Part shown: positions 26,126 to 41,250 of the stretch, piece by piece | How the letters are laid out: every line of letters begins with the position of its first letter | Numbering within the stretch: the stretch's first letter is position 1 | Assembly: GCA_050613775.1 (NCBI GenBank) | Contig: JBODTK010000117.1 | Location: forward strand, 372,001 to 436,000 | DNA length: 64,000 nucleotides | DNA from: Neocallimastix sp. 'constans' | Lineage: Eukaryota | Reading direction: 5' to 3' | The notes under the pieces: generated by a model | The model's input: only the letters and a program-made list of their open reading frames with translations | What the model was told of the DNA's origin: nothing | The model's database searches: none | Position numbers and translations under genes: made by a program

Positions 26126-27878
26126 ATGGTATCACCGCCAAAACCATGGGAAAGAGGTCATGTTAAAAATACTAATGCTACTACTCCAACAGCAACACCC
26201 GAAACTGTTGAAACAGCAATTGTTCCTGCAAATTCAACAGTAAAAGATACAGTGTCTGACGCAACTGCTGTTGCATCAACTTCTAATACTCCAGCGTTAC
26301 CACCAAGACCTACAACTTCATCATTAACAAGAACAGGTAAAATTCTTTATATAAATATATAAAATCTAAACTTAAAATATTAAAAAAAAGTTATCAATAT
26401 TATATAATAATGTGAATTATTCAATATTTTATTTGTATGATAATGTGAACTTCGAAAAAATAATAATAATAATAATAAATATGATAGAAAAATATTAATA
26501 AATTAGTTTTAATAATTTATTATATAAAAATATTAATTAAATTTGTAAAGGTTATTATAATTATGAATATAATTAATTATAAAAAATTTTTTTTTCTTTT
26601 TAATTTATTTTATATATATATATTTACATTGTAAAATATATATTGGGTTATTATTTTTTATTAACAACTAGGTCTTGATTATGATACAACCTATGGATCT
26701 TCCTTAGGTTATAGTTCATTAGGTTATGGAGGTTATGGTAGTTCTTATGGGTATGGAGGATATAGTTCTTACTCACCATATAGTCGTTTTGGTAGTTATG
26801 GCGGTTATGGTGGCTTAGGTTATTCATCTTACGGTGGTCTCGGTTACGGTTACAATAGAATGGGATATGGTTATCCAGGTATGATGAATAATGAATTTTC
26901 ATTAACTAGACAAATGGAAGAAAGTACTCAAACAGCATTCCAAACAATGAGTTCTATCGTTCAAGCATTTGGAGGTTTTGCTCAAATGTTAGATTCTACT
27001 TTTATGGCAACACATTCATCTTTTATGGCAATGGTTGGTGTTGCTGATCAATTATCTCACTTAAGAGTAAATTTGGGTGAAGTACTTTCAATATTTAACA
27101 TAGTAAAATATATCAAACGTTGGTTGGGTTTTGAAAAACCAAATATAAATGCATCTGAATTTGAATCATTCTCAAATAATCCATCTAAATCTCAGGTTAT
27201 AAAAGGTGGTAAACGTCAATCAAGCAAACCAGTTATTTTATTTGTTTTATTTATGTTTGGACTTCCATATTTAATGACAAAAGTTATTAATATTATAAGG
27301 AGACGCCAACAACAACAATTAGGTATGCTTCCTGGAAATGTACCAATGAATCCAGCATTAGCAGGTGCTCAATCGCTTTCAACATTTCCAAGAAATGCTG
27401 AAGGTAAGCCAATTATAGAATTTGCTAGATGTTTATATGATTTCCAAGCTCAAAGTCCAATGGAATTAGATATTAAGAAGGGTGATATTATTGCAATTAT
27501 ATCAAAACTCGATCAAAATGGTCAACCAAGTCAATGGTGGAAAGGTAGACTACAGCATGGTCCTACCGGTATTTTCCCATCAAGTAAGTTTAATTAATTT
27601 AAAAAAAAATATTAAATTAAATTGTAATAAAAGAAAAAAATTTTTTTTTTTTTAATTTAATTTTATTCTTATTTTATTATAATTATTATTGATGTTGTTA
27701 TTGATAATGTTAATAAATTTAAAATTAAAAAATTAAATGAAAATCTAATTTCTAATATAAATTTTTAATAGATTATGTTGATTTAATTCCTACTAAACAA
27801 GAAAAGAAAGAAAATCCAGAAACATCAGCGGAATCAATAAAACAAGATTTATCGGATACTTCTTTTTCATCCACTTAA
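26126..27878 (+). CDS. PEX13: Peroxin 13, peroxisomal import docking membrane protein, about 409 aa
   Basis: Exons 26126-26336, 26672-27583, 27772-27878, phase-consistent. N-terminal SPPKPWE, YG-rich tract, Peroxin-13_N (IVQAFGGFAQMLDSTFMATHSSFMAMVGVA), TM segment (FGLPYLM) and SH3 (FARCLYDF...WWKGRL...GIFPS|NYV). Confidence 0.95.
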
Positions 27879-28255
27879 ATATTTAATTACTTCGATTATA
27901 ATAATAATATCACATAAACTTTTATAATTATTAATGCTCCTAAAAAAAAAATTAATAACTCTATTTTAACGTATAAAACAAATTAGACGAATTACAAAGA
28001 AAAAGCAATATATATATTTATATATAAAAATTAATACTATTATTCTATTATCCTTTTTATTCTTATTTATTTATTATTTATTTATTATTTATTTATTATA
28101 TAGTTAATATCAGTTAAATCGTAATTATTTTTCTTTTTTTTTTTTTTTCCTTCTTTTTTTTAACAAAAAAAATAAATAAAGAATTAAATAAAATTATACT
28201 GTACATACCATACATATATTTTGAAATAATATATGATAAACTAAATAAAGTAATA

Positions 28256-28307
<52 letters not shown>

Positions 28308-28462
28308 TAGATTTTTATAAAAGATAATATTTAATTTGAAAAATAATAATAATGATAATAATAATTAAGAAAGAAAAAAAAAAAAAAAGTAAATAATAAA
28401 ATCGATGATAAAGTAAGAGAAAATAGAAAATAATAATAATAGTAATAATAATTATAATAAAG

Positions 28463-28505
<43 letters not shown>

Positions 28506-28770
28506 ATAAGAATATAGTAAAAGAAAATAAAAATTATAACAATAATAATATGTTTAAAAGAAAAAAAAATTATAAAATAAAAATTATAAATAAAAACATA
28601 ATATTCATAAAAAAAATTACCAATGAAAAAAATAATAAGAATAATAATAATAAATTTATATTATAGATGATGATAAAAAGATAAGAAAAAAAAAATAATA
28701 ATAATAATAATAAAAGAAATAGTTATAATAATATATTGTATATGAAAATAATGATAATTATAATTATTGT

Positions 28771-28820
<50 letters not shown>

Positions 28821-29251
28821 AGAAAATAATAATAAAATATAATTAATAAATAGACAATTGAAAAATATTTTCTATAAAAAAATAAAATAGATATATTACA
28901 TAATAAAATATTAAGAAAGGTGTCTTTTTAACCATCATTAAAAAATTAATTTTGTACAACTTTTTATAATAATTAGTTTTATTTTTTATTTCATATTTCT
29001 TTAAACTTTTAACAACAGTAGTTAATATAAACTTTTTTAAGTTTTTTTTTTTTTTTTTTTAAATTATTTCACCAATATATTAATTTTTTCTTTTTTTTTC
29101 GTTTTTTCTTTTTTCTTCGTTTTTTTTTTTTTTATCTAACCTTTTTTTATTTTATTTATTTAATTTATCGATGAAGGTCTTCCCCCCCCCTGTTTCTTCG
29201 TTTATTTATTATTATTAGAAGTAGTAGTGGCATTAGTAGCAGTAATAATAC

Positions 29252-29319
<68 letters not shown>

Positions 29320-29341
29320 GTAGTAGTAGTAGTAGTAGTAG

Positions 29342-29372
<31 letters not shown>

Positions 29373-29833
29373 TTTGTTATTATAAATATAACTGTTATAA
29401 TAATAATAATGCTAGTAATAATAATAATAATAATAATAATAGTAATTAATAATAATTAATAACAATAATAATAATAATAAAGTACATATATATATATATA
29501 TTTAATTAAATAAACTTTTCAAATTATTATTAATAAAATTATTTTCTATTATAAATAAAGCATAGAATTAAAACTAAAACGAACAAACAAATAAAATAGA
29601 AAAAATATATAATAAAAATAAATAAATAAATAAAATAATAATAATAATAACAAGATTTAATAATAATTTTAGTTTTTTTGTTTTATATATGTATATATAT
29701 ATATATTTTAATTTGCTAATTATATTTATATATTTGTATCAAATATTCTTTTTTCTTTTGTCTTTTTTTTTAAAAAAAAAAAAATAAATAAATGAAAAAA
29801 ATAAATAAAAAAAATAAAAGAAAATAAAAAATA

Positions 29834-29879
<46 letters not shown>

Positions 29880-30182
29880 TATATAATAATATATATATAT
29901 ATTTTAATACATTATTTTTAATTTATTAATTTATTTTATTGTTATCAGAAGAATATACCTTTTTTTTTTTTTTTTAGTTCTTTATTTATATGCTAATTTG
30001 TTTATTTTTTTAATTTTTTTTTTTTTTTTTTATTGTTCTTTATTTATTTGTTTATTTATTTTTATTTTATTTTATTTTATTTTATTTCGCTTTTTTGTTT
30101 TGTTTTGTTTTTTATTTATTTATTTATTCTGCTTTTTATTCTACTTTTATTTACTTCTTTTTTTTTTTCCTTTTTTTTTTCT

Positions 30183-30213
<31 letters not shown>

Positions 30214-30259
30214 GATTTTATTATTCTTATGATATTAAAGAATTACATTAAAATTATTA

Positions 30260-31041
30260 TTATGATTGTCTGATATAAGTAGCATCAATTTGAATTAAAG
30301 TTGGGAAGGCTAACTTAAGTTTAAGGCGATAAGATTGAGCATTATTCTTTTGAACTGGATTACCTTCAAAGTAAACAGTAGCTATTTTCTTATTATCAGC
30401 TAAACCTTCTATAATATTTTCAAAGGAATCAATTTGATTATAAGATGCCCATAATTCTTCTAATTCAGTTAAATGATTTAAGTTTTCAATTTTTTCAATA
30501 CGATTATTTGAAATATCAAGTACTCTTAACTTTTTATTATTTTCTAAACCTTCAATCTTTTGAATACCATTATAACTAATATATAATTCTTCCAAGTTAA
30601 CTAAACCTTCTAAATTTTCGAGTTTAACAATACGATTACTTTGAATACTTAAAATAGTAAGATTACTTAAGGTTTCAAAACCACCTAATTGTCTAATTTT
30701 ATTTTTACCAAGCCAAAGTTGTTCTAAATTAACTAATTTTTCAAGACCAGTAATAGTACGAATATGATTACCACCTAATTCCAAATTAATTAAATTAGTA
30801 AGATTATCTAAGTTTTCAATAACAGAAATCTTATTTTGAATAAAGTAAATATTCTTTAATTTAGTAAGAGCTGAAACATTCTCAATATGTCTAATTTTAT
30901 TGAATGATAAATCTAATGATCTTTTATTATAAAATTATTGATAATAAATATTAAATATTAAATAATGAATTGCATATTAAAAAAAAAAAAATATATATAT
31001 ATATTAATAAAATTTAATTAAAATTTAAATTTATTATTAAT

Positions 31042-31072
<31 letters not shown>

Positions 31073-31625
31073 GACATCATTAAATTATATTTATAACATA
31101 TAACATATTTTATACAATATTAATAAATGCAATTATATTTATTAATTAGTTTATTACATATTTAATATTTCAAAAATATATATATATATTTTTTATAAAA
31201 ATAAAAACTTACGTTAAGTTAACTAAAGTATCTAAATTTTCAATATGCTTAATTCTGTTATCATATAAATCTAATTCTTCTAAATTAACTAACTTATCAA
31301 TACCACTGATTTTAGTAATAACATTTTGACGTAAAGAAAGAGTCTATTTATTTTTTATAATTTTAATATATTATTGAAAATTAAATAAAAATTAATATAA
31401 AATAAAAAAAAAATAAAATTAATGTAATATTATATGTTATTGATAATTGTAATAACAGTAGTATTATTATTTTAATAATAATAGATAGATAAATGCCTTA
31501 AGAAGAGTGAAACGATTTATTTCGATTTTTTCTAAATTTGAAATTTGAGTGTGAGTAAGATCGAGATCCTGATATTAAATAATAAATTTAAATTATTTAA
31601 TTGAAAATAAAATAAAACAAAATAA

Positions 31626-31662
<37 letters not shown>

Positions 31663-32570
31663 TCAACAAAATATAATATTTTATATTTAAAATATTAGTT
31701 TAATCAAAGTGTATATGTATATATATATATTTATATAAATTATAATTGTGCAACATGACAAGTATTCAAATTAAAGATTTTTATATTTGTTTGTTATTAT
31801 CAATTTATTAATATATATATATATATATATTATAAATATATAATAAAAGTTTTTTTTTTTTTTTTTTTTTTTTTTGATTTTGATTTTGATATTGATTTTG
31901 AAATTTAAATTGAAAATAAATAAATAAATAAATTTTATAATCCAGTAAATATTAGTAAATTTCCCATTTTGATATGTTTAATAATATAGATAATAAAAGA
32001 TACCAATATATAATAAAATATTTAATTGATAACAATAATAATAATAAATTATTAATAAATAATTATTGATATAATAAAAAAGGTTTCATTAATTGGAATA
32101 TTTTGTTATTAAAATAAATAAAGTATTATAATTATCCAATATAAGTAAATTACCTCAGAATCTAGGCTAACATCAGATAAAAATTCTATATTTTTACAAA
32201 TTATATATATATATATAAAAATAAAAATAATAATAATAATAATAAGTCATAATTTAAATACAAATAGTTATTTAAATATTATAAGATTTGTTATTGTTAA
32301 TTATTATTGTTTTCATTTAAAATAATTTTAAAATTTAATAATAAAGAATCTACATGTAAATAATCAATTTAACATAAATTTCAATATTTATCGAATAATA
32401 TCTATGACTTTACCTGGACCAAGTTCCTTATTATTATTATTAACTTCTTCATCAGATGAATCATGTTCTTCAGTTTGCTTTCCTTTATCAGCAACTTCCT
32501 TTTGTTCAACTTTTTGTTCTTCAACTTTAGTATTTAAAGTTTCGTTATTATTGTTTGTTTCAGCTTCCAT
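30260..32570 (-). CDS. SDS22: Protein phosphatase 1 regulatory subunit Sds22 (PPP1R7), LRR protein, about 350 aa
   Basis: Exons 32570-32414, 32185-32154, 31568-31497, 31343-31213, 30920-30260. Motifs LSLRQN, LEELDLYDNRI, LDLSFNKI, LYFIQNKI, LELGGN, LWLGKNKI, LSIQSNRI, TVYFEGNP, QIDAT. Confidence 0.95.
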
Positions 32571-34613
32571 TTTATTTAAAATATATATATAATTTAATAT
32601 AAAAAATACAAAAAAAAATATTATATATATATATTTATCTTATTTTATTATAATTAAGAAATTTTAATGTTTAATTTTGAAAAAAAAAAATATATAAATA
32701 CAAAAATCTTTAATAAATTAAATAAAAAAAAATTAATATTAAAAAATCATATTAATTTTAAGTGATAAAAAAAAACTATATATAAAGTATATAAATTTTT
32801 TTTTTTATTTTTTTAGAATTTACAAAGATTTTTAATATAAATAAATTAACTATATATATATATAATATTTTTTTAATTTGATCTAATTGATTGTTTTCTA
32901 TATAATGAATAATAAATAAATATATTTTATTAAGAATTTAATAATATTTATTATTCATTTTTTATATAAATGGATAATTCTAATTAAATGTAAGCCACTT
33001 TAATTTACTATAGAATAAAATAGAAATGCGCCATAATTATTTATTTATTATTGAATATTTAAAAAAAAAACGATAATGTATACATTAATTTAATATAAAA
33101 AAATTATAACATAAATTTGTAAAAATGTAGTTAATACTTTTTTTTATATTATTATTAACATTATTATTACATATATTCTCATTTTATGTATATTTATCCT
33201 AATGTCAAATTTCATATTACTTTTAATTTTTAATTCACTTTCTTTATATATTTAAATTTATAAACTAAATTTTATAAAATAATTATTAATGTATCTTTTT
33301 TTTTAACTTTTATATATAATATATAATATTGTAATATTAATATCTAAATGATATATTTTAAATATAGGATTCAAATTTCATTACACTTAAATTTAGGAAA
33401 TTTTATAAATGTATTTTAGTAAAAATCGTATGAATACTTTTTTATGATTATAAAATAAATATAATTTAAAATATTGAATATTGTATTGTATTAACTGTAT
33501 ATATATAATATTATGTTCTTCATGCAAAAAAATTTTTTAATAATTAATGAAGATAAATGTATTAAATTTTACAAAATAAGCAAAAGAGAAAAAAAAAAAA
33601 TTTTTTTTTTTTCTTTGTAATACTATTATAAATTTTGTGAAGCTTAACCCTTATTTTTAATTATTTCAATTCATATAATATCAGCCGTTTTATTATATTA
33701 ATGGCCATTTGTAATTATAACTTAAAATTATTAAATTTTCAATGATTATTTTTAATTGATAAAAAAAGAAGTAATTTAAAAATAAGTCATTAAAAATTTA
33801 ACATGTTTATATATATTAAAATATATTGTAATATATTATAAAAATTTAAATAATAATTTAAATTTAATAATCAACCTCATTGAAAGATTATTAAAAAATG
33901 AGTTAATCATATTTATTTGAAAAGAATATTCATAATATTTTTATTTATTTATATTTCAAAAATAAAATAATATTATATTTCGGTCATTGAATTTTAAATT
34001 TTAGAAATCGAAATAAGACAAAAACAAAAAAAAAAAATAAAATAAAATAATAATAACAATAATAAAAGATAAAAGAATATTTTTATTAATAGAAATAAAT
34101 AAATATATTTATTAATTAATATTTTATTTTTTATATTTTAAAATATAATTAATTATACCATTTAAAAATATATTATTGTTTCCAATAAATAATAATAATA
34201 TATATGTTTATTTATTACTTTTATTCAATTATATTTATATATTATTTACATTTATAATTAATTTACAATAATTACAAAAAAAATATAATTATATATAAAA
34301 TAACCTTGTAAATTGAAATAAAACTTAAATATAATAATTATTTTTTATCAATACATATCAAAATTAGAATCAAACAACATTAATTTCTTATTAATATACA
34401 ATTAAAGATTTCATAATATATCACATTAACATATTTATATATTTATTTATTCTCTTTAAAAAAAAAAAGTTTATTTAATATTTCAATTTTCAATTTATAA
34501 TTATTTTTTTTCAATTCCAAGAGAAATAGCTATTCTAAAATCGTATATAAAGCGTTAATAATCATACTCATACTCATAATAATAATAAATTATAAATATA
34601 TAAATAAATAAAA

Positions 34614-35148
34614 ATGTTCGTAATTGGATTAACAGGAGGAATTTGTTCAGGAAAATCAACAGTTGCAAAATTATTACATGAAAGAGTAAATATTGAAATT
34701 TTATTTATATAATAATATACTAATAAATTAAAATATTTTTATATTTTTGTTTTTATCCGAGGTCTTTTTTAACACTGAATCAAATATTAAATTAATTTAA
34801 TATTTATTAATAATTTCAAATAATTGTTCTTTAAATTAAATATATTAGTAACTTAAAGAAAAAAAGAAAAAGAATTTAAAGTTTTAAATATTAATATTGA
34901 ATAAATAGATTTTATGTTACTAATATTAATATAAATATTTTTTTTTTTTTTTTTTTTTATTTTTTATTCTTTTTTTTTTTTAACATTATTTATAAATATA
35001 TATATATATATAAAGTTAGGAGTAAAATGCATAGACGCTGATAGAAAGGCTCATGAAGCTTATAAACAAGGAACTCCCACTTATGATAAAGTATTAAATA
35101 TATAAATATATATATATATTATATTAATTTATAATATCTGTAAATAAA

Positions 35149-35186
<38 letters not shown>

Positions 35187-36205
35187 CAACTTTTTCAAAA
35201 TTCTTTCTTTATTTATTTCATATTTTGTTTATATACTTGTATATTATGTATTCAATTAACTATTATAGTTAATTAAAGTATTTGGAATTGATATTATAAA
35301 TCCAGAAACAAAGGAAATAGAAAGAAATGCACTTGGTAAATTAGTATTTACTTCTGCAAAAAAGGTACATAGACATAATTATAAATTATAACATATTAAT
35401 TTATTGTTATACATTATTAAAGATATTTTAATTTATCTTTTTTTTAATAATATACTAATCCATTAATATATTTATTTTTTAATAATATCCTAATCAATAT
35501 ATATATTTATTTTTTTTTTTAATTAAATTCACCCTTTATAATTTTAATTCAAATTAAAAAGAGAGTTGAATTAAATAATATTGTATGGCCAGCAACAAAA
35601 GAAATTGTAAGAAAAGAAATCGAAAATTCTAAAAATAATGTAATGATAATTTTAGAAGCTGCACTTCTAATTGAAGCTGGTTGGGATGATTTATGTGGTA
35701 ACTATTTTGAATTAAAAATGATAAATATTAAAAGTTATTTATTTCATATATAACTAAATATTAATATATATTATATAATTATTATATATATTAATTGATA
35801 TTATTATTATTATTATATATATTAACTTTTATTTAATATATTTATCAAAAAAAAAAAAAAAAATATAAAAATAAAAATAAAAATAAAAAATAAATAAATA
35901 AATATACATAAATCAACCTTTTTCTTTCTGATTAATTTCATATATATATGATTTTTGAATCATAAAATCAAGATGAAATATGGACAACAGAAACTAATGA
36001 TGATTTAGCTATTATGAGATTAATGAAACGAAATCGATTAACTAAAGAAGAAGCCTTAAGACGAATGAATTCTCAATTATCCAATAAAGAAAGAAATAAA
36101 CATGCAAAAGTTATTATAAGAAATGATTCTAATGATATTGATGCATTATGGTATCAGATACAAAAATCTCTTGTGCATTCTCAAAAGAAAAGCGCATTAC
36201 TCTAA
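34614..36205 (+). CDS. Dephospho-CoA kinase (CoaE family), about 203 aa
   Basis: Exons 34614-34685, 35016-35090, 35269-35364, 35562-35697, 35973-36205. P-loop IGLTGGICSGKSTV, IDAD, LGKLVF, LNNIVWP, EAALLIEAGW, RLMKRNRLTKEEALRRMNSQ. Confidence 0.92.
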
Positions 36206-36444
36206 TTTACAAAATATACATATAAATTTTGTAAATTAGAGTAATAAATTATATAAATATATACATATTTATATTTATATAATTTATTTATATATGTGTG
36301 TATAAGTATGTTTTTTTTTTTTATGAACATTAAATTATCATGGAAATAAACTTTGAAAAAAAAAAAAATAAAATAAAATAATAATAATTATGATGAAATA
36401 TAAACTTTTATTTAATCGAATGGCTTTATAAATAGAGGATTAAT

Positions 36445-36476
<32 letters not shown>

Positions 36477-36918
36477 TATTTTATTTTATTTTATTTTCAT
36501 TATAATTAACATAAATATAATAATAATAATAATAAAACAATATTTGATGATAATTTATATAAATATAATAATAATCATATTAAAACAACATTTGAAATAA
36601 AATATGTATAATTTACATAAATATACTTGTAATAATAAAAACCAATACTTGCTATAATCTATATAAATAAAATAATAGCAGTAATAAAAACCAATACTTT
36701 CTATATAATTTTATTATTATTATTATTCTATTATTATTATTATTCTATATTTTTATATTTTTATTTTTATTATATTTTATTTTATTAATTAATTATAATT
36801 GTTAATTATAAAATAATAATGATGATATTTAGCATTACAAAAAATTTTATCAAAAAAAAAAAAAAAAAATTATAAATTATAAAATATTTATGTATATCAT
36901 AAATAAAATAAATTAATT

Positions 36919-36951
<33 letters not shown>

Positions 36952-37004
36952 AAAATAAAAAAAAAAAATAAAAATAAAAATAAAAATAAAAAAAAATAAA
37001 ATAA

Positions 37005-37035
<31 letters not shown>

Positions 37036-37221
37036 TAAAAATATAATTTTAGATAAGCCCAATACCATGATCTGTACTTACTTAGTAAAGATCTATTTCA
37101 AGTCAAATGTATTCCTTATTATTGTCTTTGTCCGTTATATATATGAATAAAAATATAATAAATTAATAAATAATCAATTATCCTTTATTTTAATAAATTT
37201 TAGTTTCTTTGTTTCATAGAA

Positions 37222-37330
37222 ATTCAGAAGTGACGGAATATAATTATATTCCGTCACTTCTGAATATCAAGAATTTTTGTAGGTATTTACATTTTTCTAC
37301 TCTACCTAAATTTATTTCGAAATTTTTTTT

Positions 37331-37371
<41 letters not shown>

Positions 37372-39520
37372 AAAATATGTTAAATTTATTCAATTTTTCC
37401 TGCCTATCCTTAGTAATAAATCCATCTGAATACTCTTAATTTAATCATATCTAAGAATACGTTCCGTCCTTGTGACCATACCACTCTTAAATAAGGTATC
37501 TTATTACTTTACCTTTTATAGGGAATAATAGTTTTTTTTTTTTTTTTTTTATGCATCAACTCTATTTTTAATGGCGAATGGCCAATTCTTTAAGTTAAGA
37601 TTTGGCATCCTCTTAGGATTGTCATAATGCAGTTTTCCAAAGAACCTATTGTTTCATTATGTTCTTCCGAATTCTTCCGAATTTCTTCGAATGGAGGATA
37701 AATGAATTATACCATGATGATGATCGTATAATTCATTTAAAGTAATGGGGTTCCGTTTTTTGAAGTATTTTATATTAATATCAAAGTAATTCTTTTTAAG
37801 TACTTTTGAAAAAAAAAAAAAAAAAAAAAATCCTATAAACTACATTTTTTCCGACTTTTCTTTTACTTATTCTATTATAAATCCGAATTTTCCTTCTTGA
37901 GAAGTCATCAACGAAGATAACAGAGTAGTTTTCCCCCATTTGCTCCTTCAACATGCTTTTTTTTTTTTTTTTTTTTTACCTTTTATTAAATCCCAGTAAA
38001 TTGTTAAAATTAGATTTTTGTTCTAAGAAATTTTTTTTTTTTTAATTTATCATTAACAGGTTCTACTAAAATATTTTCAATTAATAACAATTATCTTCAT
38101 CTTTATTTATTGTACTATTTTTATTATTTTCTTCAGTTTTTGTTAGTATTTTAAATTTAAATAATCCATTATCAATTTCAATAGTTTGTATTGAATTTTT
38201 TTTTTATATTCAATTGATTAATATTATCTTTAAATAATTTTTTTTTTTAAGTATTTTTTATTGTTTTGATTATAAAATAGGCAATTGATATTATTATCTA
38301 ATAAATCTATTATTGATAATAAATTTCTTCTACTATTCTTGAATAATATTGTATCAATGATGTTTAATATTTATGGTCCAATTTTTTTTTTTTCTTTTTT
38401 TTTTTTTTTGTTTGTTTGTTTGTTTAATTTACCATAATATTTTATAATTTATTTATTTTATTATTAAGAAAGTTATTAAGAATATTTTAAATTTCTTTTA
38501 TTTATTTTTTCAATATTTTGGGATTATTAATTATAGTCTGAATGGTCCCTGAATCTACTACCCATTCTATTAAAAATTATTTTTATTATTATCATTATCA
38601 TTAAGATTTTCTTCGTTGGTTTCAATATTATAATTTTCTTCTCTTATCTCCCTTTCTTTTTTTTTCTTTCAATTTTTCTTGCTCATTCTTCTTCAAATTA
38701 TTGATTAAATCCCTCATTTTGCATTGATTTATGATATGCTTTGTTGAATTGTTGAACCGCAGAGAAGACACCTTCTTTTATATACTGGCTGTGCATTATA
38801 GAGATAGTTAACCGTTTTGTTTCTTTCTTTTCCCTCTCAACCTTTGAACTATCTATTTTCTTTTCAACAATATAAATCAATCTTTCATAGATATCAGGAT
38901 AATTTTATTTAAAGCTCATACATAAATAATATAATTTGTTAGAATCTTTAGTTTTCATACTTAAAGGATCCATCCTTACTACTGTCTTTAGAATATCTCT
39001 TCCACAAATTCTCAAAGTCAGCAATATATATCCTAATTTCTTCTCCAATATAAACTAGTTCATCAAGACTTCTTTTTTATATTCTCTTGCCTTTTCTTCA
39101 TCAATTTCACAGTAGTAAGCCTTTAAAAATCCCATAACTCAAAGGCCGTATCCATATTTTCTATTTTTGACCAAGTTTCTTCACTTAAATGTTTGTATAT
39201 GATCCTTAGCGTCATCTTTCGAAGTGACTGTTAGGACATTTAAGGTATTTTTCTCCTGTTTTCTCAGTAGTATTATCATTTGGAACAACGGTATGATTGA
39301 GATTAGCATTCTCTAATTTTTCCATTATTAAATTACTCCATATTTCATGGTTTCTTTCATTAAGAGTTATTCTCTTTATTTTATTTAATAATAAAATATC
39401 ACAATCCTTTTATTCTGTTAAACTTTTTTATTATTATTATTATTCAGAATATTCTTTTGTACAGCAGCTGAGACTCTTAATCCTTTTAATAAGCCCAACT
39501 ATTAATGCTCGATAATGTAC
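37222..39520 (-). mobile_element. Decayed Ty1/copia LTR retrotransposon remnant (gag, protease, integrase; no RT seen)
   Basis: Minus-strand fragments in copia order: LNERNHEIWSNLIMEKL and KIENMDTAFELWDF (gag, about 39360-39120), EWVVDSGT (protease, about 38565-38545), NYSVIFVDDFSR (integrase core, about 37930-37895), NLKNWPFAI and KLRVF. Many stops, frameshifts and homopolymer expansions; LTRs not identified. Confidence 0.8.
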
Positions 39521-40267
39521 AAAAGATTTTTTATAAAGTCTTTCTAATATAAAATTTAATATAAATTTTATTATTAATTAAAATAAAAATAATAAATTTA
39601 ATAACACTAAAATAAAAATTTATAACTTCCTCTCATTATACTTACAAAACCAAATAAAAAATTTTTTTTTACAAAACTTCCTCTTTTTTATTTAAAAAAA
39701 CCTAAAAAATAAAATTTTCAATTTTTTTTGTTTTTTATTTAAAATAATTTTTTTTTTATTATTTTAATTATTACTATATTATTAATATTATTATTAATTA
39801 TTTATTTTTTATTATTATAAAAATGTTAAATTTAATTTAAGATAATAATTTAATTATTATAAAATAAAGATTTTTAAAGTATAAGAATTTCGTAAGAAAA
39901 ATTTTTTTTGTAATTTTAATGAAAGAAATTTTAGTTTGAAAACCCAACATCTAAATGATAATTATTACAAAATACAAAAAAAAAAAATAATAATAATAAT
40001 AAATAAATCAATAAATAAAAGTAAATTTTTTTTTGATTTTTGAAGTATAAGAATTTCGTAAAAAAAATTTTTTTTGTAATTTTAATGAAAGAAATTTTAG
40101 TTTGAAAACCCAACATCTAAATGATAATTATTACAAAATACAAAAAAAAAATAATAATAATAATAAATAAATCAATAAATAAAAGTAAATTTTTTTTTAA
40201 GAATAACAAAATATGTATATATATATAATACTTATCCATATATCACAATTTAAAATAATTTGAACTC

Positions 40268-40269
40268 CA

Positions 40270-40313
<44 letters not shown>

Positions 40314-40417
40314 TTATTATTATTATTTATTTATTTATTTATTTATTATTATTTATTACTTATTATTATTATTTATTTATTTATTTATTTATTTATTATT
40401 ATTTATTACTTATTATT

Positions 40418-40449
<32 letters not shown>

Positions 40450-40640
40450 TTATTATTATTACTTATTATTATTATTTATTTATTTATTTATTTATTTATT
40501 ATTATTATTACTTATTATTATTATTTATTTATTTATTTATTATTATTATTATTACTTATTATTATTATTTATTTATTTATTTATTTATATATTTATTTAT
40601 TTATTTATTATTATTATTATTATTACTTATTATTATTTAT
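40268..40640. repeat. Mixed (TTA)n/(TTTA)n microsatellite with periodic TTAC
   Basis: Directly visible; explains the spurious Y/L/I/F-rich ORF. Confidence 0.9.
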
Positions 40641-41250
40641 ACTAATGAACTTTTTTTCTGAATTTACTTATACACTTTATTTTGAGGTTTTATTTCACAC
40701 TACTATTTAAAACATTATTATTTTCAAATTGAACAAATAATACTAATAAAGATTTAAATAAAAATAATAATAATAATAATAAATAAATAAATAAATGAAA
40801 TATAAATGAAATATATAAATATTTATCTTTTGATTATTATATAAAATTTTTTTATTATAATATTTATAATAAAATGTATTTTTTTTTTCTTTCCATTAAC
40901 ATTTTTTTTAATTATATGTAATTATTAAACTTTAATCATATACATATTTTGAGTATTTTTTTTTTTAATTTTTTACTGTCAAATTTATTAAAATAATATA
41001 AAAAATACTTAAAATTAATAACTGCCTAATTCGAATATAGTTTCTATATTTGTAATTAATTAAAAACTAAATTTTTTTAAATAAACAAATAAATGTTAAT
41101 ACTAATTTTAATTATTATATTTATTTTTTATTATTACTATTACTAATTATTATTCTTATTACTAATCATTATTATCATTATTATTTATTGCTAATAATAA
41201 TAATATTATTAAAAATATTAATTATTATGATTAAAATTTAAAATGTTTTA

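Noticed and set aside
36185..36205. DPCK C-terminus KKSALL as a peroxisomal PTS1
   Set aside because: ALL lacks the basic residue at -2 of the canonical [SAC][KRH][LM] signal.
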